Notes under the pieces: generated by a model
What the model was told of the DNA's origin: nothing
Databases searched by the model: none
The model's input: only the letters and a program-made list of their open reading frames with translations
Shown: positions 40,895 to 51,422 of the stretch, one piece after another
How positions within the stretch are numbered: position 1 is the first letter of the stretch
How the letters are laid out: each line of letters begins with the position of its first letter
NCBI GenBank assembly: GCA_963790475.1
Contig: CAWBOS010000010.1
Span: 1,024,001 to 1,088,000, forward strand
DNA length: 64,000 nucleotides
Direction: 5' to 3'
From: an uncultured delta proteobacterium
GTDB lineage: Bacteria > Desulfobacterota > RBG-13-43-22
Position numbers and translations under genes: made by a program

Positions 40895-41725
40895 TCACAG
40901 ATGATTCTTGAGCACGAAGACTTCGCATAAATCCGGGCACCCCAGACCCCGGCGGCGCATCAGTTGAGGCCCAAACTCCGCAAAAGGCACTTTCCCTTGA
41001 CGGATAAAATCGTATTTCTGGGGATGAATCTCTGGAGAGGTAATCTCGAAATTTAGCTGACCGACGATTATTTTCACCTCCGTGAAAACTTTTTCCAGTT
41101 CTTCGGCCAGATCGAAACCAAAACGGTGATAAACCCGGGTATTATCGCCATGGAATTCGTCCCAGGTAATATTAGTATATCGACTCTCCAAGACCGGCAC
41201 CTGCAGCAAAACCAGCCCACCGGGCTTGATCAGTTTGGCTAAATGAACAATGGCCGTACGGTAATCGAAAACGTGCTCAAGCACATGAGCACAGATAACG
41301 ACATCGAAGGATCCAGCTATCGGCTCAATATCAGTCGGCCTGGTTAAATCAACCTTTATATCGCCCTGGTGAGCGGACAGATCAAAATCAGAAGCCAGAT
41401 ATTCAGCGAAGGTTGAACGGTAAATCCGCCGCCGGTAACTGTAGTTGCGGGGTGAAAACTCCAGCAGTCGAAGCCCGGCCAAATGAGGATTGCGGGTAAC
41501 AATAGCCTCCGGCCTGTCCAGTTCGTGCAATAATGCTTGATAAACGGTTCGCTCTCTGGCCACCGCCCCACAGCCGGGGCAGCCGAGAAATTCCGAGTGA
41601 TCGGGGGTCAGGCGCAAAAAATCTCGGCCGCAGAAATTACAGTTAATCATCTGTTCCTGGTTGAAATTCCCAAACAAACGTACGAAGTTTTTGAATTTGG
41701 TCACACTCTCGATTAGAGACTTCAT
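40895..41725 (-). CDS. Class I SAM methyltransferase with an N-terminal Zn ribbon
   Basis: CxxC...CPxC..RER, LLEFSP, FDVVICAHVLEHV and KPGG. Confidence 0.85.
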   Translation of the reverse strand: MKSLIESVTKFKNFVRLFGNFNQEQMINCNFCGRDFLRLTPDHSEFLGCPGCGAVARERTVYQALLHELDRPEAIVTRNPHLAGLRLLEFSPRNYSYRRRIYRSTFAEYLASDFDLSAHQGDIKVDLTRPTDIEPIAGSFDVVICAHVLEHVFDYRTAIVHLAKLIKPGGLVLLQVPVLESRYTNITWDEFHGDNTRVYHRFGFDLAEELEKVFTEVKIIVGQLNFEITSPEIHPQKYDFIRQGKVPFAEFGPQLMRRRGLGCPDLCEVFVLKNHL

Positions 41726-42025
41726 AATTATTTTACCTGAGTTTGATAGAGTCGTTACCGGAGGTCGCTCTCGCCGTCAAAACCGTCATCCCCTCCCCTG
41801 TGGACATTTATAATAATGTTTCTCAGGGGTTTCGTCAAAAAAAAAGGGAACTCCAGCTTTTTTTTGAAGAAATCCACGAACTGGATTTTGGAGGTTCAAA
41901 GGTTTACAGTACCATTTCTTTCTGCCCGATCTTTCGCCTTGACCATCTTTTCCCCTTATCTTATATTATCTCCATCTTAAACCAACTTCGTATCTCATTC
42001 ATAGGAGGCCAAAAGGAAAGGATCG

Positions 42026-42985
42026 ATGAAGAGAGAGTTGCTTGAGTTCATTCGCTGCCCTGATTGTCGGGGAGAGAAATTTTTGATCTGTTCAGATCGA
42101 CAGAATGGTATAGAGATCAGGGAGGGCAGTGTCACTTGCCAATCTTGCCGTCGCGTTTTTGAAATCAGTGAGGGCATCCTGGATCTGTTGATTAATCCAA
42201 CGGCGGAGATCGTTAACGAACAGCAAGGTTGGACGATATTGAAGGATGCCGTGGTGAATACGGATGAACTTATGCTGGCACTGCCTGACGCGATTGGTGA
42301 TCATAAACCCGCTTGGGCTCCTTTGGCGAATAACTTCCATTTTATGTGGTCGAAACTACAATTGACGGGGATAGAACGTGTTTTAGACCTCGGGGCAGGG
42401 CGTTGCTGGTCTACGAGATTTTTTGCCCGCCAAGGCTGCTATTGCGTCGGGATAGACATTCTCTTGACCCGGTATGTCGGCTTACGGACAGCAGATATAT
42501 TCATCGACCATGATGGCATCTACTTTGAGAGAACCTCCGGGGATATGAACGAATTGCCTTTTAGGGACAAAATGTTCGATATTGTTTTCATAAACGCGAC
42601 CTTGCACCACAGTTCGGTTCTTTCGGCGACCATAAAGGAAATCGCCCGAGTCTTGAAACCCGGTGGGCAAGCGATAATTATTAATGAGCCCGTGGCAGGA
42701 CTCTTTCAGAGCAAAAAATTGGACTGCCCGGAAGTGAAATGTGGTATCAATGAACATACTTATCGGCTGTGGGAATACCTGACAGAACTAAGCCGGGGGG
42801 GTTTGACATATCGGCTTTTTCCATATATTGGAAGTTACCATAGGACGGTACATTGGGCTAACTACGTTTTGGCCAAATTTTTTCCAAAAAAATTACTGAC
42901 CCAACGGGTTTGGACTCCTCTACTCTATATTCAACTACTGGTTTTTGGCGGTGGACTGAATATGATCGCACGCAAACCGAATTGA
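42026..42985 (+). CDS. Class I SAM methyltransferase with a Trm112-like N-terminal Zn domain
   Basis: CPDC...CQSC..FEISEGI, VLDLGAG, LPF.D..FD and RVLKPGG. Confidence 0.9.
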   Translation: MKRELLEFIRCPDCRGEKFLICSDRQNGIEIREGSVTCQSCRRVFEISEGILDLLINPTAEIVNEQQGWTILKDAVVNTDELMLALPDAIGDHKPAWAPLANNFHFMWSKLQLTGIERVLDLGAGRCWSTRFFARQGCYCVGIDILLTRYVGLRTADIFIDHDGIYFERTSGDMNELPFRDKMFDIVFINATLHHSSVLSATIKEIARVLKPGGQAIIINEPVAGLFQSKKLDCPEVKCGINEHTYRLWEYLTELSRGGLTYRLFPYIGSYHRTVHWANYVLAKFFPKKLLTQRVWTPLLYIQLLVFGGGLNMIARKPN

Positions 42986-43085
42986 GAAAAACAAGACAAT
43001 AACCTGAAAGTCTTCGTTAACCTGTTGTTATCCTGAAGCATTAAACATTGCCTGTCTAAGAAAGGGGGACAAATCAAAAAAATGC

Positions 43086-43114
43086 TTGACAAGATCTTTG
43101 CCTTCCATTATAAA
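43086..43114 (+). promoter_or_regulatory. Putative sigma70 promoter of the plus-strand glycan operon
   Basis: TTGACA, 17-nt spacer, TATAAA. Confidence 0.6.
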
Positions 43115-43162
43115 ATATGTTCACGAGATGAACATATTGAAATTAGAGACCTTCTTCCAATA

Positions 43163-43698
43163 ATGAATCACCGTTATTATATTTCTATCGATCCCAAAAA
43201 AGAAAAGTTTTTCTGCAGCCCCTCGGAGAGGTTTAAGGATATTGAATTCTTCAATCCCAAACTGAAAAGAAAAAGTTTGGCCCATGGATGGGTTTTGAAG
43301 GTTGAGGAAGTCCTTTCTCCCAACTATGTTTCTCCCCGGTTTAATCCCCTAACCTGCTTCCATCTTATAAAATATACCAATCGGCTAAAACGGATTGTCT
43401 GTGATAGTGAGAGAAATCCCTACTCCGTTGACCCGGCAATCATAACTGAAATTAAGGCTTAGAGCGAAAATGGCTATTTCCGAATCAAACCGGTCGAATT
43501 CCAAAAAAAGGGGAACCGGTTGTAATTACCAAGGGCCCTTTTGAAGGATTGGAAGACATTTTCTTAAATAAACGTAAGGCCGGTTTGCGGGTCTCCACTT
43601 TGCGGAATTTAATTAAATCAACGGCCCAGGTTGAAATAGAAAAATGGCTTATGGCCAGAGAAAGAGGAAATTACCTCACCTTTTTGCCTAAGATTTAG
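43163..43698 (+). pseudogene. RfaH/UpxY-like NusG-paralog antiterminator pseudogene
   Basis: NGN-like part (PKKE, IEFFNPKLKR, EEVLSPNYV, IKYT...RIV), in-frame TAG at 43460-43462, frameshift in the A/G run near 43503-43513, then KOW motif GEPVVITKGPFEGLE. Confidence 0.8.
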
Positions 43699-43774
43699 CC
43701 CTTTATCCAATTTTTCTGCAGCCACTTTTCTGTTTATTAATAGAGTATTTGGAAGCCTGTTTTGTACAGGAAGG

Positions 43775-43786
43775 GGCGGTAGCATG
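43775..43786 (+). promoter_or_regulatory. ops-like element
   Basis: GGCGGTAGCATG matches the ops consensus GGCGGTAGnnTG; preceded by the small hairpin cctgt/acagg. Confidence 0.65.
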
Positions 43787-43814
43787 TCCATTGCCACCTC
43801 TGAGTCTTTGTTTT

Positions 43815-44153
43815 ATGGATGAAAACCACTTAAAAACCCTGAAAATTTTTGAAGAAAATCCGTCCTTGTCTCAGAGACATCTGGCCCGGGAACTAAACCT
43901 TAGCCTTGGTAAAGCCAATTACATTATCAACGCCTTGATTCAAAAAGGGTATTTAAAAGCCAACCGATTCAAAAATTCTAACAACAAACGATCTTATGCC
44001 TATTATCTGACCCCGGAAGGATTAAAGAAGAAATTTGAACTGACCTACCAATTTTTTAAAACAAAATCGCTGGAATTTGAACAATTGCGACAGGAAATTC
44101 AAGCTCTGGAACAAGAAATTAAGGCTTCTAATGATACTTCTGGACAGCTATAG
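43815..44153 (+). CDS. EPS-associated MarR-family winged-helix regulator
   Basis: SQRHLARELNLSLGKANY, FKNSNNK and YYLTPEG; start placed at ATG 43815. Confidence 0.9.
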   Translation: MDENHLKTLKIFEENPSLSQRHLARELNLSLGKANYIINALIQKGYLKANRFKNSNNKRSYAYYLTPEGLKKKFELTYQFFKTKSLEFEQLRQEIQALEQEIKASNDTSGQL

Positions 44154-44171
44154 AAATTTTAATTGGTGATC

Positions 44172-44233
44172 AATGACTTAATAACTTAATAAATTATAGA
44201 TAATGATTTACGGACTTCATGACATAATGACTT
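44172..44233 (+). repeat. Octamer AATGACTT-like array upstream of the first gmd copy
   Basis: aatgactt aataactt aataaatt ... aatgattt acggactt catgacat aatgactt. Confidence 0.65.
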
Positions 44234-44247
44234 ATTTCATAAGGTAA

Positions 44248-45039
<792 letters not shown>

Positions 45040-45040
<1 letters not shown>

Positions 45041-45095
45041 ATGACCCAATGCCGCGATAATTCAATGATTTATTTGCTCAATGACCTAATGACTC
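45040..45095 (+). repeat. Octamer AATGACYY-like array upstream of the second gmd copy
   Basis: aatgaccc ... aatgattt ... aatgacct aatgactc. Confidence 0.6.
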
Positions 45096-45111
45096 ATTCA
45101 CGAGGTAACTT

Positions 45112-46152
45112 ATGAAACGTGCCCTAATCACCGGCCTTACAGGCCAGGACGGTTCCTATTTGACGGAATTGCTTCTGGAAAAAGGCTATGAAGTTCACGG
45201 AATCATCCGCCGCAGCAGTTCTTTTAACACGGCCCGGGTGGATCATCTTTACAGTAATACCGAAATATTTGATCAACGGTTTTTCACCCATTACGGGGAC
45301 CTGACCGACTCCAGCAATCTCAACCGAATCTTGGAAAGGGTTCAGCCCGATGAGATCTATAATCTGGCGGCCCAGAGCCATGTGCGGGTTTCTTTTGAAG
45401 TGCCCGAATATACGGCCGAAGTAGATGCCATCGGGACCTTGAGATTTTTAGATGCCATTAAAGACCTGGGGATTAAGACTCGCTTCTACCAGGCCTCGAC
45501 CAGTGAGTTATTTGGGAAGGCCCAAGAGATTCCCCAATCAGAATCCACTCCCTTTTATCCCCGTTCCCCCTATGGTGTGGCCAAGATATATGGGTACTGG
45601 ATTGTCATCAATTATCGGGAGGCTTATAATATTTTTGCCTGCAATGGGATCCTTTTTAACCATGAATCGCCCAGGCGGGGAGAAACCTTTGTCACCCGTA
45701 AAATCACCCGGGCCGCAGCCCGAATCAAACTGGGCCTGCAGGATCATTTGACCCTTGGAAACCTCGATGCCAAAAGAGACTGGGGCTACGCTCCGGAATA
45801 TGTGGAGGCCATGTGGCTTATGTTGCAGCAGCCCGAACCGGATGACTTTGTGATCGCCACCGGAGAAACCCATAGCGTCCGGGAGTTTGTCGAGGTCGCC
45901 TTTAAGGAACTGGGATTGGAAATCGACTGGGAAGGAGAGAAAGAAAAGGAAATAGGCCGGGACCGGGCCACCGGAAAACCCCTGATCAAAATAGACCCTA
46001 TTTATTATCGTCCCACGGAGGTGGATATCCTCATGGGAAACCCGGCCAAGGCCAAGGCCAAATTGGGCTGGGAACCTAAAGTAAAATTTGACAAACTGGC
46101 CCGTCTCATGGTCCGGGCCGATCTGGAAAAAGTCAAAAAACGGGGCTATTAA
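45112..46152 (+). CDS. gmd: GDP-mannose 4,6-dehydratase
   Basis: [31 protein letters not shown] and [17 protein letters not shown]. Confidence 0.98.
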   Translation: MKRALITGLTGQDGSYLTELLLEKGYEVHGIIRRSSSFNTARVDHLYSNTEIFDQRFFTHYGDLTDSSNLNRILERVQPDEIYNLAAQSHVRVSFEVPEYTAEVDAIGTLRFLDAIKDLGIKTRFYQASTSELFGKAQEIPQSESTPFYPRSPYGVAKIYGYWIVINYREAYNIFACNGILFNHESPRRGETFVTRKITRAAARIKLGLQDHLTLGNLDAKRDWGYAPEYVEAMWLMLQQPEPDDFVIATGETHSVREFVEVAFKELGLEIDWEGEKEKEIGRDRATGKPLIKIDPIYYRPTEVDILMGNPAKAKAKLGWEPKVKFDKLARLMVRADLEKVKKRGY

Positions 46153-46290
46153 GATAGCCAAGCCGATGGACAAACCAAGAATTAAACAAAACACGAGCAT
46201 TTCTATGGTATCTTTTTTGGTTCTACTCGGGTTATGGAACGCCCTCCAAGGCTTTGGGAAAAAATAGCCTTTCAAGGAGTTAAAACCAGA

Positions 46291-48267
46291 ATGGACGGAA
46301 GTTCCGGCAATCATAAAGCTAACAAACTTGTTATGACATTATTGGTCCGCGATGAAGAGGATATTATACGTTATAATATTGATTTTCACTTATGCAGAGG
46401 CGTTGATTTTATTATTGCGACAAATAACGGATCAACAGACTCCACAAGAAATATTCTCAGAGAATATGAAGAAAGAGGAGTTCTTTATCTCATCGATGAA
46501 AAAACTCAAAATTACAATCAGGCCCAGTGGAATAATCACATGACGAAAATAGCGCGTGATCGATATGCCGCAGATATTATCTTTCATTGCGATGCTGATG
46601 AATTCTGGTATCCCAGATCGGGAAATCTCAAAGATGAAATCTCCAATAGACCGGAAGATATATTGAATGTCGATGTTGTCCATATTCTATTGGAGGATAA
46701 AGGTGGTGCGGAAGCATTTCCGGAAGATACAAGATTCGCAGTAGTTAATCCTATTGTGGCAAAGAATTATATAGAAGAAACTAAGGATGTAAATTTTTTT
46801 TATTTTAAATATCCCTCCAAAGTTATCTTTAAGCCGATAAAAAAAATTCTACTTGTAGACCAGGGCAATCATACAGTCACCAATAAAGATGATACCATAA
46901 CGGAAGGCAAATCTCAGGATGTTGTGATTTATCATTACCCTGTCCGCAGCAAGGCTCAATTCTTTCAAAAGGTGATTCTGGGAGGAAGCGCTTACCAAAC
47001 AAATACTACACTTTCAAAGGATGCTGGATTTCAAACCAGGCGTTGGTATGCCAGTTATAATAATGGATTATTAGACGAAGAGTATAAAAAGCTTATTCTT
47101 CCTGAGGGGGATGTTAATAATTTTTTGCGTGAAGGATTTATTGAAGAGATCGATTTTAACAATGTCATATTGGGCAATGAAAAAGATATACCTATGTGGC
47201 GATATTTTAATCGCAAATTTGAGTATGAATATATGTTTCAAGATTTTTACTGGCCTTGGGCAGGACACAAGTATTTTGTATATGATTTAATTCGAAATTT
47301 TAAGCCAAAAGTTCTTGTCGAGTTAGGCACTCACAAAGGTACCTCTTTCTTTTCATTCTGCCAAGCTGTTAAAGATGCTCTATATAACGCGAGGCTGTAT
47401 GCCGTAGATACATGGCAGGGCGATGAACATGCAGGATTTTATGATGATACTGTCTTTAAGGAACTTGAAGAGATAAAAGAAGAGTATTACGGTAGTTTGG
47501 AAATCAACTTTTTGCGGAAAACATTTGATGAGGCGGTTGGTGAATTTAAGAATAATTCAATCGATATATTGCATATTGACGGATTGCATACTTATGCAGC
47601 AGTAAAGCATGACTTTGAGACATGGTTCCCTAAAGTTAAAAGGGAAGGAATTATTCTTCTACATGATATTTTTATAAACAGAGAGGATTTTGAGGTTTAT
47701 AAATTCTGGAAGGAACTTAAAAACGATTACAAGACGATCGAGTTTCATCAATCTTATGGGCTGGGAGTTTTATTTAAGGATACTGTTGGCAATCAATCTC
47801 TCATTGATAAAGAAAGTGAATGGCAAATTAGATATTCATATATCGCTGAAGATAAGAAAAATGAGGAAACAAGAAAATATCTCGATGAGGCAAAGAGATC
47901 ATTGGCGAAGAATGATAGGCAAATCGCCAGTCTCAACATGGCCTTGACTGAACGCGATTCACGGATCGCCACCCTCGACCAAGCGCTGACGGAACGTGAC
48001 GGACAGATCGCCCGTCTCAACATCACCATAGCGGAGTATGAAGGGCAGATCGCCAATCTTTGCCAAACGCTAAACGACCATAATGGTGAACGGATTGGTC
48101 TCGAGCAGGCATTGTCGGAGCGCGATTCTCACATTAGTCATCTTCACCTGTTGGTTGCGGAACATGAAAATGTTATCCGGCAAATCCTATCGTCTACCTC
48201 ATGGCGATTAACTCGACCATTACGCGCATTAAAGACCTTATTTTTAACAAAAGTTAGCCTAAAGTAA
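46291..48267 (+). CDS. GT2-like domain + class I methyltransferase (Methyltransf_24) + 14-aa coiled-coil tail
   Basis: VRDEEDII, DADEF; VELGTHKG, DTWQGD, LHIDGLHTY; ERDxxIAxL repeats; SSTSWRLTRPLR; start placed at ATG 46291 after AAGGAG. Confidence 0.87.
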   Translation: MDGSSGNHKANKLVMTLLVRDEEDIIRYNIDFHLCRGVDFIIATNNGSTDSTRNILREYEERGVLYLIDEKTQNYNQAQWNNHMTKIARDRYAADIIFHCDADEFWYPRSGNLKDEISNRPEDILNVDVVHILLEDKGGAEAFPEDTRFAVVNPIVAKNYIEETKDVNFFYFKYPSKVIFKPIKKILLVDQGNHTVTNKDDTITEGKSQDVVIYHYPVRSKAQFFQKVILGGSAYQTNTTLSKDAGFQTRRWYASYNNGLLDEEYKKLILPEGDVNNFLREGFIEEIDFNNVILGNEKDIPMWRYFNRKFEYEYMFQDFYWPWAGHKYFVYDLIRNFKPKVLVELGTHKGTSFFSFCQAVKDALYNARLYAVDTWQGDEHAGFYDDTVFKELEEIKEEYYGSLEINFLRKTFDEAVGEFKNNSIDILHIDGLHTYAAVKHDFETWFPKVKREGIILLHDIFINREDFEVYKFWKELKNDYKTIEFHQSYGLGVLFKDTVGNQSLIDKESEWQIRYSYIAEDKKNEETRKYLDEAKRSLAKNDRQIASLNMALTERDSRIATLDQALTERDGQIARLNITIAEYEGQIANLCQTLNDHNGERIGLEQALSERDSHISHLHLLVAEHENVIRQILSSTSWRLTRPLRALKTLFLTKVSLK

Positions 48268-48335
48268 AATTTGAAAAATTGGCTCGTCTTATGGTCCGGG
48301 CCGATCTGGAAAAGGTTAAAAAACGGGAGTATTAA
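48258..48335 (+). repeat. 78-bp copy of the gmd 3' end (46075-46152)
   Basis: cctaaagtaaaatttga..aa.tggc.cgtct.atggtccgggccgatctggaaaa..tattaa in both places. Confidence 0.92.
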
Positions 48336-48391
48336 AATTTAAATTAAAAAGAGCATAAGCTCGATAATTCAAAGGCTTTTACCTTAAAATA

Positions 48392-48585
48392 TGCTGGGTT
48401 TAACCTGAATTTTATCAGCCCGTAAAACGTTTATCTCAATAGCCCCATTCTGGGTTTCAGCGGGAGGGGAATGAATAATCGTTTTGACGGGATCGCCACC
48501 TTTGCCGATACAGGCCAGTTTATGGACCTGCCGGTTAAACACTATTACAGCGGCATGTGTGTCAGGCCACCCTTTGGAGATGCTT
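48392..48585 (+). pseudogene. Internal fragment of a Wzt/TagH polysaccharide ABC-transporter ATPase gene
   Basis: Translates AGFN....*NVYLNSPILGFS....RFDGIATFADTGQFMDLPVKHYYSGMCVR, the Wzt signature region (PVKxYSSGMxxRLAF). Confidence 0.8.
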
Positions 48586-48659
48586 AGTCAAAGTTTGTCG
48601 GAGGGACAGGCAACATTGCTAAAAATATCTCACTGTGCGGCAGAAATAAGTTTTAAGGA

Positions 48660-51089
48660 ATGACTCCTATCATGAACTCGGATTTATTCGCAAAAGAATA
48701 TGCGCTGGATTCATTGACCACCGTTATTCCGAGGGGTCATAAGTTCTCGATGTTTGTCGATCCACATTTTGTAAATCAATTTTCTGGTACAGCCTATGAG
48801 CAGTTTTCTTCTCGACTGGTAGCAAACTTCGTCAATAAATGCGATCTTTTTCTTGATGTAGGAGCGCATTACGGGTTCTATTCACTTGTCGCAAACGAAT
48901 CAAATAAGCGGATCAAGACCATTGCGATCGAGCCGGTCGAGGAGAATTACGAAAGCCTTAAAAGGAATTTGTATGCAAACGGTATTTTGGGTGCTTCGGT
49001 CCACTTACTCAGGTCAGCTATAGGTAACCGAACCGGGGAGGTGGACTTTTTTAAATCAAGCGTTTCGGATAATGGTGGGTTATTTGAACACCCCAATGCT
49101 CCAGTCATAAACAAGTTTAAAGTACCCATTACGACCATAGACCATATTCTTCGAGAGGATGATTCAAAATCCCCATTTATTAAGATGGATACTGAAGGCA
49201 ATGAGCTGGATGTCCTTAAGGGGATGGACAATACATTCAAGAAGTATCGAGAATTATATCTTTTGATACAGATGAATCCCAAAATGCTAAAGCTGGCAGG
49301 TACGAGTTGCAAGGAAATTTTTGAATATCTATCTCTAAAAGGATTTAAGATTTTCGGAATTGATAATCAACAAAGCAAATATTACCCGCTTGATATAGAC
49401 GAGAATATCAGTAGAATGCAGGAGAGCAGCGAGTATTTTAATTTTTTCTGCATCAGGAAGGATATTGCGCTTTCAGTTGCATTTTTTTCGCATTCTGCGG
49501 GATTGGCAGGCGCGGAACGGAGTCTGGTGGACCTTGTACAGGATTTGGGAGAGCAAGGCGTCTTATGCTCTGTTGTCTTGCCTGGGAATGGTCCACTAAA
49601 AAATACCCTCCTCGAAGTTGGTGCTTCGGTCCATATCTTAACTGGGATCGGGGAAGGCTATCAATGGGTTACCACGGACAGCCAATCGTTGCTCACGCGC
49701 AAAGATAACTTTATCAAATGTATGGGGGCGATCGCGAAGCAGTCGATTGGTTTATTGAAGTTACTGAGGCCAGATGTTATCTTTTCTCAAACAGTAGTCA
49801 TGCCTTGGGGAGCTCTTTGCGCCGAAATATTATTAATTCCCCATGCCTGGTCGATATGCGAATACGGGGAGCTCGACCATCATTTGAAATTCTATTTCGG
49901 TTTTGAGCAATGCATGAAGGCTCTTTATGAAAGCAGTGACGTTGTCTTTAGCGTCACTCAATCGGTCAAAAACATTACACTTGCGGGACTCCATGGAGAA
50001 AAAGATAAAGTGCATGTCGTCTACCGAAAAGTACACATAAGACCGATGCCAGAAGGGGCTTTAGCTTCAGAGAGATCCCAGCCTGATCCAAAACAAAGGT
50101 TCAAGATAGGGGTTTTTGGAACAATCCAGGAAACTAAAGGGCAAGAGGATATCGTTAAGGCTGGTATCGAATTGGTGAGGAATGGGCATAAAGTCGAAGT
50201 CTACCTCTATGGCTACAAAGAATCAGAATATCTCTCAGGTTTATTGTCTTTAATAAAAAACAGTGGTTTTGAAGATTCTTTTGTCGTAGGGGATTTTTTG
50301 GAGCATCCTTATGAACAAATGAAAAGAATGGATGTTGTTGTTTCTTGTTCGAGAAATGAGGCATTTGGAAGGACTCTGATTGAGTCAATTCTCTTAAAAA
50401 AACCTATTATCTACGCTGCCTCCGGCGGGCCGAAGGAGATCTTTATTGATCAGGAGCACGGCCTTGCTTATGCCCCCGGTGATCATCTCGATCTGCTGAA
50501 GAAATTACTCTCAGTGATCCAAAACACAGAAGAAACCGCTAAGAGAGTTGAAAGGGCGTTGGAGTATGTCCGTAAGAAATTTACAGCAGAAAGCTATTCA
50601 AAAAAAATCGAAGGTTCTTTGCGCTCGTTAAAAAAGACCGCCCAAAGACAATCGATCAGCGGTGTCTATGCCTTATTGGCGGATACCTTTATTCAACAGA
50701 TAGCCAGTCTCAATCAGGTCGTAGCCGATCGCGACATGCGGATCGCGGCCCTCGCCCAGCAAGCTGCCGACCGTGATGACCACATCGCCAGCCTCAACCA
50801 GGTCGTAGCCGAACGCGACGGGCGAATCGCCAACCTCGACCGGGGGCTGACAGAACGTCACGGGCAGATCGCCAATCTTTACCAAACACTAAATGACCAT
50901 GAAGGTGAGCTGATTGGTCTTGGTGAGGCATTGTCAGAACGCGATTTTCAGATTAATCATCTTCATCTGGTGGTTACGGAACATGAAAATGTTATCCGGC
51001 AAATCCTATCGTCTACCTCATGGCGATTAACTCGACCATTGCGCGCATTAAAAGACTTTATTTTTAATAGAAATTATCTAGTCAAATAA
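48660..51089 (+). CDS. FkbM methyltransferase + GT4 glycosyltransferase + 14-aa coiled-coil tail
   Basis: DVGAHYG, IKMDTEG; GAERSL, KGQ, EAFGRTLIE; repeats and SSTSWRLTRPLR. Confidence 0.9.
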   Translation: MTPIMNSDLFAKEYALDSLTTVIPRGHKFSMFVDPHFVNQFSGTAYEQFSSRLVANFVNKCDLFLDVGAHYGFYSLVANESNKRIKTIAIEPVEENYESLKRNLYANGILGASVHLLRSAIGNRTGEVDFFKSSVSDNGGLFEHPNAPVINKFKVPITTIDHILREDDSKSPFIKMDTEGNELDVLKGMDNTFKKYRELYLLIQMNPKMLKLAGTSCKEIFEYLSLKGFKIFGIDNQQSKYYPLDIDENISRMQESSEYFNFFCIRKDIALSVAFFSHSAGLAGAERSLVDLVQDLGEQGVLCSVVLPGNGPLKNTLLEVGASVHILTGIGEGYQWVTTDSQSLLTRKDNFIKCMGAIAKQSIGLLKLLRPDVIFSQTVVMPWGALCAEILLIPHAWSICEYGELDHHLKFYFGFEQCMKALYESSDVVFSVTQSVKNITLAGLHGEKDKVHVVYRKVHIRPMPEGALASERSQPDPKQRFKIGVFGTIQETKGQEDIVKAGIELVRNGHKVEVYLYGYKESEYLSGLLSLIKNSGFEDSFVVGDFLEHPYEQMKRMDVVVSCSRNEAFGRTLIESILLKKPIIYAASGGPKEIFIDQEHGLAYAPGDHLDLLKKLLSVIQNTEETAKRVERALEYVRKKFTAESYSKKIEGSLRSLKKTAQRQSISGVYALLADTFIQQIASLNQVVADRDMRIAALAQQAADRDDHIASLNQVVAERDGRIANLDRGLTERHGQIANLYQTLNDHEGELIGLGEALSERDFQINHLHLVVTEHENVIRQILSSTSWRLTRPLRALKDFIFNRNYLVK

Positions 51090-51422
51090 AAATAGACACT
51101 GGGTAAAATAATTTTTTTCAATACGAAACTCATTTCATAATCATTAGGGGCGATATATCCCAGATAAGAATGGAGCCTACGGCTGTTTCAAAACACAACA
51201 ATGTAATCGACAACTATCCGTCAGGCCTCCTCTCGGGTCGGATATCTCTGATTCCCAAACTGTTCATTTTTTTAAGATGTGGAAAAACCATATACAGCAT
51301 CACTGGATATACGATGCGATGATATTGCACAGTTTGAAATGTAAGTTAGTTCGCGGAATACGCAGATTGCAAAATCTGATTATAGGAACACAATTGATTC
51401 CAGAAAATAAGGATTAGTACGG

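Noticed and set aside
43082-43462. 126-aa ORF as an intact hypothetical protein
   Set aside because: It starts within the promoter and is the 5' part of the RfaH-like pseudogene
51180-51195. IS terminal inverted repeat (ggctgtttcaaaa)
   Set aside because: No partner repeat or transposase remnant could be identified nearby
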